61,934 bases of DNA from Patescibacteria group bacterium (GTDB lineage Bacteria; Patescibacteriota; Patescibacteriia; Magasanikbacterales; GWA2-37-8), in assembly GCA_028688375.1 (NCBI GenBank), contig JAQTYG010000004.1, positions 1 to 61,934 on the forward strand, given 5' to 3'. The notes beneath the pieces were generated by a model. The model was not told the DNA's origin. It made no database searches and saw nothing but the letters and a program-made list of their open reading frames with translations. Below, piece by piece: positions 1-10,008 of the stretch (within the stretch, counting starts at the first letter, position 1; each line of letters starts with the position of its first letter). The translations under genes were made by a program, and so were the position numbers.

Positions 1-1
1 G

Positions 2-2194
2 GGCGACGAAGAAGTATCCTCGCCCTATAATGTAATTTGCGGCGATGGCATTAAGGGCGCAGCTGAAACCTGCGACCCGCCGGGCAGTACACAATATGCC
101 GAAGGTGCCGCCGCCAGTTGTTTCTCATCTATCGATAGCAACGGTAACTATACCGGTAAATTTTCCGGCCAGCGCTGTAATAGCAGTTGTTCCGGCTGGG
201 AAGGTTATCAGGAAAATTGTTCAACGCTTGGTCGTTGCGGCGATGGCAAGGTACAATCAAGTTTAGGTGAGAAATGCGACGATGGCGCGTTAAACGGGCA
301 AATGGGCCGTTGCAATACCAATTGCCAGAGCGCCAGCGTCGGTGCTTGTGGTAATGGAGCGGTAAATAGCGCCGCCCCGTACTATGAGCTTTGCGACCCG
401 GATGTTTGGGGAAAGAGCGGAGGCAAAAATGGTTGGTGCGTGGGCGGGCCTTATTTGTTCGCAAATTTATTGTCTACTTATAAGCCGTGTGATACCGATG
501 CGGAGTGCAACACCGGCGCTTGTTATATTACCGGCGACCTTTACGGTTTGAAAAAAGAATATTCTTGCAATTACGATTGTAAGACGCGCGGACCTTATTG
601 TGGTGACGGTGTGGTTTCTTCCGAATGGGGCGAACTTTGCGAAACCGACCAATCCTGCACTATTGATGGCAAAGCAGGCAAGCAAAAATGCACCGCTTGT
701 CGGCAAGATAATAGGAATACCGATGGATTAGCGCATCTGTGGAATTTTGATTCGGTGGATGACACGACCGGTGAGGTTTTGGACACCAAAGGAGCAAGGA
801 ACGGCACGTGTAAGTTTAATGGCAGTACCGCGCATTGCCCGGAGGGAACCGACGGAATTTCTATTGGCAGTATTGCTTATAATTATGGATTTTCAGGCTA
901 CTCCATGACGCGCGTTGACGATCCCAATAAAGATTTAATTAATGGCAATTTTACTTTTGAGATGTGGGTCAGGCCGGCAAATTTAACCAATGAAGATCAA
1001 CAGCGCATTGTCCAAAAAGGCACTCGGACGGGGTCGGCGGGAAATACGGGCGGCTTTTATTTTTTCTGGACCAACGATAAAAACAACGCCAGTAAGAACG
1101 GCACATTTAGTTATGCTGTTTGGGGGAAAGACGACAGTAGTATAGTGGGCTTCTGGCCGTCGGGGCTTCCCAAAGACGCCTGGTATCATCTAGCCATGGT
1201 TTTTGAAAGTCAAAGCAATGATGGCCATGGTACATTTTCCGGTGTTGTTAAGGGTTACTTGAACGGCAACCTTCTCGGAACAAAACCCGCCAATATTACC
1301 GCCAATAGTTTGCCGATGTGTATGGGTGTGCGGTGTTATGATAAAACCGGGAACCCAGATGATGGCACGTCGGCTTATTTTAGAGGAAAAATTGATGAAG
1401 TTTATTTATACAATATCGCTCTTTCAGCCAGCGCCATCAAACAGCATTATGACAGCAAGGGCTGGTACTGTTCGGCGTCGTCAGAAGCCGGCTACGAAGG
1501 CTCATGTGGCAATAGTATAGTGGATGAAGATGAGGCCTGTGACCGCGGGGGTGAAAACGGTGTTGCCTGCACGATTGTTTATCCGCGTCAAAACTGCACC
1601 TATTGTTCGGCCGATTGTCGGAATGTTTTAACGCGCGACGTTGTTTGCGGTAACGCCATACTTGACCCTGGAGAAGCCTGTGATTTTATGGGCGCTCTTT
1701 ATGCCGCGGGAAACGGATCTTGGCGTCACAAAGAAGCCGGGGTAGATAAGTGTTCGGTATGCTCCAGTAAATGTGATTCTGTTAGTATAAGCTCGAATAA
1801 GAAAGATAGCGCCTGCGATAAAGCCGGGCTGGGCTATTGTGGCGATGGCCGAGTGAATGGTTGGGAGAAATGTGATATCGGCAATAGTTCACCTAGCCAG
1901 TGTCCTTTCGTGCTGAATAACCCCTTAGAGTGTAATGCCGCCTCGTGTCTGTGCGTACCTAAACCGAAACCGGCAAAATGCGGAGATAGCGTTTTGGATT
2001 CTGGCGAGGATTGCGATAATTCAGCCTGTACTGGTGGTAAAGTGTGTGTTTTATGCAAATGCCAAACATGCGGTAATAACAAAAAAGATTCAGCCGAGGA
2101 CTGTGATGGTACTGACATCGGTATTTGTGACGCAGACGCGAATGGAGTTTGTAATGGTGAATGCAAATGCGCAGAGCCACCGGGACCAGATTAA
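2..2194 (+). CDS. Extracellular cysteine-rich-repeat protein with LamG/concanavalin-A-like domain (5' partial, runs off window start)
   Basis: The frame of ORF 302..2194 stays open back to nt 2. Repeated C-G-[DN]-G-x6-9-E-x-C-D modules (CGDGIKGAAETCD, CGDGKVQSSLGEKCD, CGDGVVSSEWGELCE, CGNAILDPGEACD, CGDGRVNGWEKCD, CGDSVLDSGEDCD) flank a LamG-like block (FTFEMWVRP..WYHLAMVF..GKIDEVYLYNIALS). Confidence 0.7.
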   Translation, partial: GDEEVSSPYNVICGDGIKGAAETCDPPGSTQYAEGAAASCFSSIDSNGNYTGKFSGQRCNSSCSGWEGYQENCSTLGRCGDGKVQSSLGEKCDDGALNGQMGRCNTNCQSASVGACGNGAVNSAAPYYELCDPDVWGKSGGKNGWCVGGPYLFANLLSTYKPCDTDAECNTGACYITGDLYGLKKEYSCNYDCKTRGPYCGDGVVSSEWGELCETDQSCTIDGKAGKQKCTACRQDNRNTDGLAHLWNFDSVDDTTGEVLDTKGARNGTCKFNGSTAHCPEGTDGISIGSIAYNYGFSGYSMTRVDDPNKDLINGNFTFEMWVRPANLTNEDQQRIVQKGTRTGSAGNTGGFYFFWTNDKNNASKNGTFSYAVWGKDDSSIVGFWPSGLPKDAWYHLAMVFESQSNDGHGTFSGVVKGYLNGNLLGTKPANITANSLPMCMGVRCYDKTGNPDDGTSAYFRGKIDEVYLYNIALSASAIKQHYDSKGWYCSASSEAGYEGSCGNSIVDEDEACDRGGENGVACTIVYPRQNCTYCSADCRNVLTRDVVCGNAILDPGEACDFMGALYAAGNGSWRHKEAGVDKCSVCSSKCDSVSISSNKKDSACDKAGLGYCGDGRVNGWEKCDIGNSSPSQCPFVLNNPLECNAASCLCVPKPKPAKCGDSVLDSGEDCDNSACTGGKVCVLCKCQTCGNNKKDSAEDCDGTDIGICDADANGVCNGECKCAEPPGPD

Positions 2195-2222
2195 AATATT
2201 TTTAAATTTAATTTTCCATCAT

Positions 2223-2969
2223 ATGTTTGACGACACACCCGCAAAAAATCCCGCTCCGCCGCAGAATTTGCCCACCGAACCGGTGGACATGTTTGCCGAT
2301 GTGGAGCCGGCCGGAGAACCGGCCACGGCTTTAGACGCCGGTATTTTAAAACCAAAAATGCCGTCGGTGCAAACTCCGCCGGCGCAATTGGCCGGTGGCG
2401 ACAGCGAGCCGGTACTTTATCCGACCAAAGAACCGATGGTGGGTAAAATTATTGCTATTGTCATTATTTTAGTAGTCGCTGTCGGCGTCGGTTATGGCGC
2501 TTGGTTTGTTTATGCCAACTATGTGGCGGGTCAACCAACCGCCACTCCTCCGGCCGGGAATGAAAATACCGGCGCATTGACCGCGCCGACCGAACAGCCG
2601 GCGACGGAAGATATTATTACTACCACGCCGGTCGAAGACAGCGGTGATGCCGTGACCGCTACGCCGAACGGCGATGCCCTTTTTAGCGAGCCGGTGGATA
2701 CCGACAAGGATGGTTTAGACGACGCGCGTGAAGAAGGGTTGAAAACTGATATGAATAATCCGGATACCGATGGCGATGGGTTGAATGACGGTGATGAAGT
2801 AATTATTTGGAAAACCGATCCGCTGAAACCGGATACCGACGGAGATGGTTATTTGGATGGCGAAGAAGTGAGAAATGGCTACAACCCGCTCGGTCCGGGA
2901 AAATTATTTAGTGGTCCCGCGACCACCACCACGCCGCTCGACACTACCACTACGCCTCCGATTATATAA
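2223..2969 (+). CDS. Single-pass membrane protein with thrombospondin-type-3-like Ca-binding repeats
   Basis: First in-frame ATG after the upstream stop; the track start 1935 overlaps the previous gene. TM helix IIAIVIILVVAVGVGYGAWFVYA. Repeats DTDKDGLDDAREE, DTDGDGLNDGDE, DTDGDGYLDGEE. Confidence 0.6.
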   Translation: MFDDTPAKNPAPPQNLPTEPVDMFADVEPAGEPATALDAGILKPKMPSVQTPPAQLAGGDSEPVLYPTKEPMVGKIIAIVIILVVAVGVGYGAWFVYANYVAGQPTATPPAGNENTGALTAPTEQPATEDIITTTPVEDSGDAVTATPNGDALFSEPVDTDKDGLDDAREEGLKTDMNNPDTDGDGLNDGDEVIIWKTDPLKPDTDGDGYLDGEEVRNGYNPLGPGKLFSGPATTTTPLDTTTTPPII

Positions 2970-2980
2970 AACACCAAAAT

Positions 2981-4183
2981 ATGTTTGGCCATAAAGAAAA
3001 TAATCCCGCCCCTGTTCCATCTGACATAAAAGTCGTCACTATGCCGACGGATTTTTACGGCGGAAAAGACCCGGCGGTGAAATTTAAAGCTGTGGAGAAG
3101 ACAGTAGATATGGCCAAGTTTGAAGAGGGTGGAGTGAAAGCTTCGGAAAAAAGGGCCTTAGACAAAGCGACCGTAGCCGGCGGGGAATCGCCGGTTCACC
3201 CGGCCAATATCTTAACCAGCAAAAAATTTATCATTATGGCCGGTATCGGTTTGTTTATCATATTTTGTTTGGCTGTCGGAGGATATTATTGGTGGCAAGG
3301 GAAGAAAACGACCGCGGAAAATGTTCCGCCGCCCGTAGCCGTTGTTCAGCCGGTCATACCGACCACTTCGGCGCCGGAAATCGTTCCTACCACCACTGAA
3401 GAGGTCGCGCCGACTACGACCGAAGCCATCCCGGCCATCAAAGAAACAGCCATTGAATTTCCTTCCATGTTGTTAGGCGAGAGCCCGGATTTTGATAACG
3501 ACAAAATATCCGATGTAGCCGAAGAAATTTTTGGCACCGATTCGACTAATCCGGATACCGATGGTGATAAATATCCGGACGGGCACGAGTTATTTTACCT
3601 GTATAACCCCAATGGGTTTGAACCGAAAAAATTGCTTGATTCCGGCTTGGTTAAACAGTTTCAAAATCCTTCGTTTAATTACGCCTTGTACTATCCGGCC
3701 AATTGGGCGTTGGGTCTGGTGGACACAGAGGGTCGCCAAGTGCTTTTCAGCACTTTAACCGGAGAAAATATTGAGGTGAGAACGTTTGATTTGTCTCCGG
3801 GCGAAACCCTGGTTGATTGGCTGGCCATAAACGCGCCGACGGAACGCTTGGCCGATTTGGTGGATTTTACCGGTCGTTTTGCCACTTTGGGAAAAATGCG
3901 GAAAGATGGATTGGTTTATTACTTCATTTCGAATAACCGGTTGTACGCTCTCGTTTATCACACCACCAATTCCAACGTAGTGAATTACAAAATTGTGTTG
4001 GAAATAATGGCGCGGAGTTTCCAGACTGATGTCCCGCCGGAAACCGTGGCGACGCCGGCCACAACGGTTGTTTTCCCGGAAGCAGTCACACCGACGGCGA
4101 CCGCTTCGGCCGATGTTGAATCTGGCACTACTACTGAATCAATGGCTACGCCCACCCCGGAAGGCGAGATGCCGTTGTTTTGA
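2981..4183 (+). CDS. Single-pass membrane protein with TSP3-like repeats and a C-terminal globular domain
   Basis: TM helix FIIMAGIGLFIIFCLAVGGYYWW. Repeats DFDNDKISDVAEE and DTDGDKYPDGHE. Same architecture as the preceding gene. Confidence 0.55.
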   Translation: MFGHKENNPAPVPSDIKVVTMPTDFYGGKDPAVKFKAVEKTVDMAKFEEGGVKASEKRALDKATVAGGESPVHPANILTSKKFIIMAGIGLFIIFCLAVGGYYWWQGKKTTAENVPPPVAVVQPVIPTTSAPEIVPTTTEEVAPTTTEAIPAIKETAIEFPSMLLGESPDFDNDKISDVAEEIFGTDSTNPDTDGDKYPDGHELFYLYNPNGFEPKKLLDSGLVKQFQNPSFNYALYYPANWALGLVDTEGRQVLFSTLTGENIEVRTFDLSPGETLVDWLAINAPTERLADLVDFTGRFATLGKMRKDGLVYYFISNNRLYALVYHTTNSNVVNYKIVLEIMARSFQTDVPPETVATPATTVVFPEAVTPTATASADVESGTTTESMATPTPEGEMPLF

Positions 4184-4192
4184 TAAAGTTCT

Positions 4193-4609
4193 ATGATAAA
4201 AGTGCTGTTTGTAAATCCGCGTCGTTTTTCGATCAGCCCGGCTTGGGCGCGGAAAATTGTCGTCCGAGCGGCCAAGATTGAGAAAAAGATAAAAGGCGCG
4301 GTGGAAATCGCGCTGGTGGGGGACACGGAGATAAAAAAATTAAACCATGTTTGGCGTGGAAAAAATAAACCGACCGATGTCTTGTCTTTTTCTTGGGGTG
4401 AGGGGGAAAAAATCAGCGGAGATTTATTGGGCCAAATTATAATTTCTTTCCCGCGGATCAAAGCGCAAGCCAAAGAATACAAAGTTTCCGTCAAAGAAGA
4501 ATTCACTCGAATGTTGGTCCATGGCCTCCTGCATTTGGCGGGATATGACCATGTGAAAATTAAAGAAGCGACAAAGATGTTTAAATTACAGGAAAAAATA
4601 TGCCGATAA
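4193..4609 (+). CDS. ybeY: rRNA maturation endoribonuclease YbeY
   Basis: Zinc-binding signature HGLLHLAGYDH near the C-terminus. Size of 138 aa is typical. Confidence 0.85.
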   Translation: MIKVLFVNPRRFSISPAWARKIVVRAAKIEKKIKGAVEIALVGDTEIKKLNHVWRGKNKPTDVLSFSWGEGEKISGDLLGQIIISFPRIKAQAKEYKVSVKEEFTRMLVHGLLHLAGYDHVKIKEATKMFKLQEKICR

Positions 4610-4965
4610 AACGATTGTGGCAAAGTTTTAAAGATGCCGCTGGCGGAATAAAATACGCCGCGGAAAATGAGCGAAATTTCCGCATTCAATTGATTTTTGC
4701 TCTGCTGGTTTTTGTTGCCGCCGCTTATTTTCCGCTCAAAATTTCCGAGACCCTGCTGATAGTGATAATGGTTTTTATGGTGTTAGTGGTGGAATTATTA
4801 AATACGGCTTTGGAAAAATTTACCGATTTACTCAAACCTCGCTTGCATTATTACGTTAAGGCGGTGAAAGATATTATGGCCGGCGCGGTTCTGCTCACTT
4901 CGCTCGGCGCGGTGGTGGTTGGTGTCATTATTTTCTTACCGTACTTTATTAAGTTGTTTAGATAG
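4600..4965 (+). CDS. dgkA: Diacylglycerol/undecaprenol kinase family membrane protein
   Basis: ERNFRIQL and ELLNTALE motifs and three TM helices in 121 aa. Overlaps ybeY by 10 nt. Confidence 0.75.
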   Translation: MPIKRLWQSFKDAAGGIKYAAENERNFRIQLIFALLVFVAAAYFPLKISETLLIVIMVFMVLVVELLNTALEKFTDLLKPRLHYYVKAVKDIMAGAVLLTSLGAVVVGVIIFLPYFIKLFR

Positions 4966-4991
4966 GGTATAATTGTTCCATAATTTATCTT

Positions 4992-6263
4992 ATGTCTCGT
5001 GACCAGTTTCGCGTTATCGCCGGTTTGGATATTGGTTCCTCAAATGTCAGGATCGCCATCGGTAAAGCCGTGGGCGGGGATATTGAGGATGGCGCCTTGC
5101 AAATATTGGGCTTAACCGAAGTTCCTTCGGAAGGCGTTAATAAAGGAGTAATTACCAGCATCGAAGATGTGGTTTCTTCGGTTTCTTCTTGCTTGGAACA
5201 AGCCGAGCGCATTATTGGCATACCGGTGGAAAATGTTTGGGCCGGAATTTCCGGCGCGCAAATTATGGTGCAAAATAGTCATGGTTATGTGGCGGTGTCC
5301 AAAGCGGACAACGAAATTACTCCCACTGATGTGGAGCGCGCTCTGGAATCGTCAAAATCGGTGTCCACCCCGCTTAATTATGAAATTTTACATGTCTCTC
5401 CGCGCAGCTATAATGTGGACGGTCAGACGGGCATTAAAGACCCGGTCGGCATGACCGGCATGCGTTTGGAAGTGGATACAAAAATTATTCTCGGCCAATC
5501 TTCACAAATTAAAAATTTGACTCGGGCGATTTATCGCGCCGGTTTGGAAATAGATGATTTGGTATTATCCATTCTCGCTTCCGCCAATCTTTTGTTGACC
5601 GAACGCCAGAAAGATTTGGGCGTGGTGCTGGTGAATATCGGCGGTCAGACCACCAGCTTGGCTGTTTACGAAGAAGGGGATCTGTTGCACACCGCGGTGT
5701 TGCCAATCGGTTCGGCGCATATCACCAATGATTTGGCTGTGGGTTTGCGGGTGGCGGTGGAAGTGGTGGAGAAATTAAAGATAGAATACGGCAGTTGTTC
5801 GGTTGACGCGCGTGAAAAGAAAAACGAAATAGACCTGTTTGATTTGGGCGCTTTAGATCATGATTTGTTTAAAGCGCGCGACATCAGTTCGATTATTCAG
5901 GCGCGGGTGGAGGAAATTATGTATTTGGTGGATCAAGAATTAAAAAAAGTTCAACGGTCCGGCCTCCTGCCGGCCGGAGTGGTTTTAACCGGCGCCGGAG
6001 CGAAACTCCCCGGCATCGTTGATGAAGCCAAGAAGAATTTGCGTCTGCCGGCCAGTATCGGCCACCCATTTGGCTTGATGAGTTCGGCCGATCAGATTAA
6101 CGACCCGGGCTATTCCACGGCCATCGGCTTGGTGAAATGGGGGAGCGAGATGTTCAATATCGGCGAACGGCGCGATGGCGGTTCGGATATTTGGGGCGCG
6201 ATCAAAAAAACTTTTGGGATTAAGAATAAACTAAGAAAAACCATCAATTCGTTGATTCCATAA
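4992..6263 (+). CDS. ftsA: Cell division protein FtsA
   Basis: Actin-fold phosphate motifs GLDIGSSNVRIAIG and VNIGGQTTSLAVYEEG. Lies immediately upstream of ftsZ. Confidence 0.9.
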   Translation: MSRDQFRVIAGLDIGSSNVRIAIGKAVGGDIEDGALQILGLTEVPSEGVNKGVITSIEDVVSSVSSCLEQAERIIGIPVENVWAGISGAQIMVQNSHGYVAVSKADNEITPTDVERALESSKSVSTPLNYEILHVSPRSYNVDGQTGIKDPVGMTGMRLEVDTKIILGQSSQIKNLTRAIYRAGLEIDDLVLSILASANLLLTERQKDLGVVLVNIGGQTTSLAVYEEGDLLHTAVLPIGSAHITNDLAVGLRVAVEVVEKLKIEYGSCSVDAREKKNEIDLFDLGALDHDLFKARDISSIIQARVEEIMYLVDQELKKVQRSGLLPAGVVLTGAGAKLPGIVDEAKKNLRLPASIGHPFGLMSSADQINDPGYSTAIGLVKWGSEMFNIGERRDGGSDIWGAIKKTFGIKNKLRKTINSLIP

Positions 6264-6300
6264 GTTGTTGACATTGTGAAATACAAGTTATACAATATAA

Positions 6301-6329
6301 GGCGAGGAACCTCCTCGCCGTTTGCTTTT
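6301..6329 (+). terminator. Hairpin plus T-rich tail after ftsA
   Basis: GGCGAGGA-acc-TCCTCGCC followed by GTTTGCTTTT. Confidence 0.45.
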
Positions 6330-6377
6330 AAATAGTTGAATACTAAAAGTGTTCATCCAAGTTATAAATTTAATTTT

Positions 6378-7631
6378 ATGCCTCAAGTAAAACCGGATAT
6401 TGAGACCTTTGCTAAAATAAAAGTGGTCGGTATCGGCGGTTCGGGCGGTTCAGCCATCAACCGAATGATGGCGGCTAAAATTCGCGGGGTGGATTTTATC
6501 GCCATGAATACCGATGTGCAGGATTTACACCATAATTTAGCGCCGCAAAAACTCCATATCGGCAAATCCGTGACTCGCGGTCTGGGCGCCGGCATGGACC
6601 CGGAACTGGGCAGGAAATCCGCCGAAGAAGCGCAAAATGAAATTCGGGAGATTTTGAAAGACGCCGACATGGTGTTCATCACTTGCGGTATGGGTGGCGG
6701 TACCGGTACCGGCGCCAGTCCGGTGATTGCCGAAGTAGCGAGAGAACTCGGCGCTTTGACCGTGGCGGTAGTCACCAAGCCGTTCGCTTTTGAAGGTTTG
6801 AGGCGCAAAGATATCGCTGAAAAAGGCTGGGACAATTTAGTCAAACATGTCGACACAATTATCACCATTCCCAATGATCGCATCAACCAAGTGATTGATA
6901 AAAAAACCACCATGTTGGACGCGTTCCGAATTGCTGACGACGTTTTGCGCCAGGGAGTGCAGGGTATTGCCGAGCTGATTACCATGCACGGTATTATCAA
7001 TGTTGATTTTGCTGATGTCAAAACCATTATGAAAGACACTGGCTCGGCTTTGATGGGTATCGGCATCGGCGGCGGAGAAAATCGGGCGGCCGACGCGGCC
7101 AAAGCGGCTATTTCCAGCCCGCTTTTGGAAATGTCCATTGATGGCGCCCGTGGCATCCTCTTTACGGTAACCGGCGGTCCGGATTTGACCATGAATGAAG
7201 TGGAAGAGGCGGCAAAAATAATTACTTCTTCGGCTTCGGAAGACGCCAAGGTGATCTTTGGCGCGATCATTGACGAAACCATGGGTGGAAAAATGAAAAT
7301 TTCGGTAATCGCCACCGGTTTTGATGATCGTCGACCTTCTTTATCTGACGACGAAAGCCTGTCCAGATATTCGCCGTTTGGTACGGTTAATTTATCTTCC
7401 AAATTCAAACAGCGCGAGGAAGAGGCGGAGGAAAAGAAGTTTTTTAATGAAATAGTGAACAAACGGCCGGCGAAAAATGATTGGTCCTCGACTGACGCCG
7501 GGGCCCATGATACCAAGCCAGTGGCGCCGCATCGGGCGCCGGCGCCGACCCCCGCTGTTCCCGCGTCTACCGCCGCGCCCGAGGATGACCTGGAGATCCC
7601 GGCTTTTATTAGGCGCAAAATGGGCATCTAA
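6378..7631 (+). CDS. ftsZ: Cell division GTPase FtsZ
   Basis: Tubulin signature GMGGGTGTGASPVIAE and C-terminal peptide DDLEIPAFIRRK. I prefer ATG 6378 (MPQVKPD..) over the TTG at 6336 used by the track. Confidence 0.93.
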   Translation: MPQVKPDIETFAKIKVVGIGGSGGSAINRMMAAKIRGVDFIAMNTDVQDLHHNLAPQKLHIGKSVTRGLGAGMDPELGRKSAEEAQNEIREILKDADMVFITCGMGGGTGTGASPVIAEVARELGALTVAVVTKPFAFEGLRRKDIAEKGWDNLVKHVDTIITIPNDRINQVIDKKTTMLDAFRIADDVLRQGVQGIAELITMHGIINVDFADVKTIMKDTGSALMGIGIGGGENRAADAAKAAISSPLLEMSIDGARGILFTVTGGPDLTMNEVEEAAKIITSSASEDAKVIFGAIIDETMGGKMKISVIATGFDDRRPSLSDDESLSRYSPFGTVNLSSKFKQREEEAEEKKFFNEIVNKRPAKNDWSSTDAGAHDTKPVAPHRAPAPTPAVPASTAAPEDDLEIPAFIRRKMGI

Positions 7632-7659
7632 TTTTAAAGATGTAAGGAGCACTTCTTTT

Positions 7660-8121
7660 ATGCGTTGTCCGGTCTGCAATTATAAGGAAACGAGCGTGGT
7701 TGACACGCGTTCTTCGAGCGATGGCTTGACTATTCGTCGACGGCGCGAATGCGACCGTTGTTCTTATCGTTTTTCCGCGGTAGAAGAAATAGAATTGTTG
7801 GATATCGTCGTGGTGAAAAGCGACGGCCGGCACGAAAGCTACATGCGCGAAAAGGTGGAAAGCGGAATAAAATATTCTTTAAGCAAACGTCCCTATACGG
7901 CGGACAGTTTTAGCCGTTTGATTCATTCTATTGAGCGCGACATTCAGAAGAAAAAGAAACGCGAAATAAAAAGTAAGGACATCGGCGAAATCGTCATGAA
8001 GCACTTGCGCGGTTTTGATAAGGTCGCCTACATTCGTTTCGCCAGTGTTTACCGGGATTTTAAGGACGTAAAAACTTTTGAAAAAGAATTGAAAAAAATT
8101 CGTGGCGGAAAGAAAAAATAA
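7660..8121 (+). CDS. nrdR: Transcriptional repressor NrdR
   Basis: MRCPVCNYKETSVVDTR..CDRC zinc ribbon followed by an ATP-cone. TAAGGAG lies 11 nt upstream of ATG 7660. The track start 7477 overlaps ftsZ. Confidence 0.9.
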   Translation: MRCPVCNYKETSVVDTRSSSDGLTIRRRRECDRCSYRFSAVEEIELLDIVVVKSDGRHESYMREKVESGIKYSLSKRPYTADSFSRLIHSIERDIQKKKKREIKSKDIGEIVMKHLRGFDKVAYIRFASVYRDFKDVKTFEKELKKIRGGKKK

Positions 8122-8123
8122 AT

Positions 8124-8528
8124 ATGGAACAACAACAAAAAATTGAGCCCGCCGAATTAGCTACGCCGGTCACCCCGCCCGCTGTTTCGACTAAATTGCC
8201 GTTAAAAAATGAAGGCGACGTGCGCGAGCTATTGGAAAAAAATTTAAAATGGTCGCAGATTATTTACGAACAGAACCGGCGCATTTATCGCCACTTGTGG
8301 TTGGGCGTGATTTTTACCTGGGTGAAATGGGCCATCATTTTAGCGGTCTTGGTACTGGGCACTTATTTTGCCTGGCCGTTGGTTAAAAATTTGCAGGCAC
8401 AATATTCTTTGTTGATGAACCAGTTTAGTCCGGGTCGGCCGTTAGATAAAACTACGGTGGAAAGTATTTTAAAGCTTTTGCCGTTGGACCAAGTTAACCA
8501 AGATCAGGTTAAAGCTTTGGTTAAATAG
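8124..8528 (+). CDS. Hypothetical membrane protein
   Basis: Complete ORF with two hydrophobic helices (LWLGVIFTWVKWAIILAVLVLGTYFAW). No motif recognised. Confidence 0.45.
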   Translation: MEQQQKIEPAELATPVTPPAVSTKLPLKNEGDVRELLEKNLKWSQIIYEQNRRIYRHLWLGVIFTWVKWAIILAVLVLGTYFAWPLVKNLQAQYSLLMNQFSPGRPLDKTTVESILKLLPLDQVNQDQVKALVK

Positions 8529-8534
8529 TTTTTT

Positions 8535-9974
8535 ATGGAAAAGTTTACGAAAATAGTCGCCACCATCGGTCCGTCATCGGAGCGGTATGAAATAATTAAA
8601 AAAATCGTTGAAGCGGGCGTTAATGTCGCCCGTCTTAATTTTTCTCACGGCACCTACGCCAATCACGCCAAATTAATCAGAAATTTACGCCGGGCCGAGC
8701 GGGTCACCGGCCAGCCGGTGGCGATTATGCAGGATATTCGCGGGCCGAAAATTCGTTTGGGTGTTTTGCCGGAAGAAGGAATAAAAGTAAAGACTGGCGC
8801 CGTGGTGGTTTTGGATTCTTCGCCTGGCGCTTTAAAAAAAGGCGCCATTCCGCTGGATTATGCCGGGTTGGAGAAATTCGTCAAAGTTGGTGATCGTATT
8901 TTAGCCGATGACGGACACGCCGAATTTAAAGTTAAATCAAAAAAAGGCGCGAAAATTATTTGTCAGACGGTGGAAGGCTACACGCTCAAATCGCACAAAG
9001 GTTTGAATTTTCCCGACAGCCATTTGAACGTACCGATTCTCAGCGACAAAGATAAAAAGGACTTAATGTTCGGCGTAAAAATGGGCGTGGATATTGTCGC
9101 TCTTTCTTTTGTCAGCAAAGGTTCGGACATCAAAGATTTGCGCCGCTTGGTCGCTAAATATGAAAAGAAATTAAGAATTAAAGAAAAACAGCCGGTTTTT
9201 GTGGTGGCGAAAATTGAACGCAACGAGGCGCTGGATAATATTGACGAGATTATTAAAGAAGCCGATGGGGTGATGGTGGCCAGAGGCGATTTGGCGATGG
9301 AAACAACCTTGGCGGAGATGCCTCTGATTCAGAAAACCATTATTGATAAAGCCAACCAGTGGGTCAAGCCGGTGATTGTCGCCACGCAAATGTTAGATTC
9401 CATGCAAATCGGCCGTCGGCCGACTCGAGCGGAAATAACCGATGTGGCCAACGCGGTGATTGACCACGCCGATGCTCTAATGTTGTCCAACGAAACCGCT
9501 TCGGGGAAATATCCGGTAGAAACGGTCAAGACGATGTCTGACATTATTTTAGCTACGGAAAAATCCAAATATGACGATGTGGATTTGTATAAAGAAGTAC
9601 ATCCGCATAAGTCGATCAGCAAGGCGATTGCCGGCATTTCCGGCATCTTAGCGGCGCAGGTCGGCGCCAAAGCGACCCTGGTGGCTTCGGCTACCGGCTA
9701 TACCGGCCGTTTAGTCAGTCGGGTACGAGTGGAGATGCCGGTGTTTGTCGGGGCGCAAAGCGAACGGACCGTGCGCCAGCTTTGTTTGTCTTGGGGTGTT
9801 CGGCCGTTCTTGTTGCCGAAAAAGAAAAGTGTGGAAACGCTGATTAAAAGTTTTATGGCTTTTGTAAAAAAGAAAAAAATTGCTAAAAAAGGCGATCGGG
9901 TGGTGGTGATTACCGGTGAACCGGTGGGCAAGCCCGGCAGTACGAATTTGATTGAAGTGAGAGAATTAAAATAA
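8535..9974 (+). CDS. pyk: Pyruvate kinase
   Basis: TKIVATIGPSS, NFSHG and MVARGDLAME motifs. 479 aa. Confidence 0.92.
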   Translation: MEKFTKIVATIGPSSERYEIIKKIVEAGVNVARLNFSHGTYANHAKLIRNLRRAERVTGQPVAIMQDIRGPKIRLGVLPEEGIKVKTGAVVVLDSSPGALKKGAIPLDYAGLEKFVKVGDRILADDGHAEFKVKSKKGAKIICQTVEGYTLKSHKGLNFPDSHLNVPILSDKDKKDLMFGVKMGVDIVALSFVSKGSDIKDLRRLVAKYEKKLRIKEKQPVFVVAKIERNEALDNIDEIIKEADGVMVARGDLAMETTLAEMPLIQKTIIDKANQWVKPVIVATQMLDSMQIGRRPTRAEITDVANAVIDHADALMLSNETASGKYPVETVKTMSDIILATEKSKYDDVDLYKEVHPHKSISKAIAGISGILAAQVGAKATLVASATGYTGRLVSRVRVEMPVFVGAQSERTVRQLCLSWGVRPFLLPKKKSVETLIKSFMAFVKKKKIAKKGDRVVVITGEPVGKPGSTNLIEVRELK

Positions 9975-9978
9975 AAAA

Positions 9979-10006
9979 TTGCCCCGCAGATGCGGGGCAA
10001 TTTTTT
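9979..10006. terminator. Bidirectional rho-independent terminator between pyk and glyA
   Basis: TTGCCCCGC-agat-GCGGGGCAA, flanked by an A-run upstream and a T-run downstream. Confidence 0.75.
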
Positions 10007-10008
10007 AT

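Noticed and set aside
3985-4689. 234-aa ORF antisense to the 2981 gene, ybeY and dgkA
   Set aside because: It overlaps three well-supported sense genes. This is a shadow ORF.
6383-7627. 414-aa ORF antisense to ftsZ
   Set aside because: It mirrors the ftsZ frame exactly and has low-complexity Ala/Ser/Pro-rich content and no start context. FtsZ on the + strand is unambiguous.
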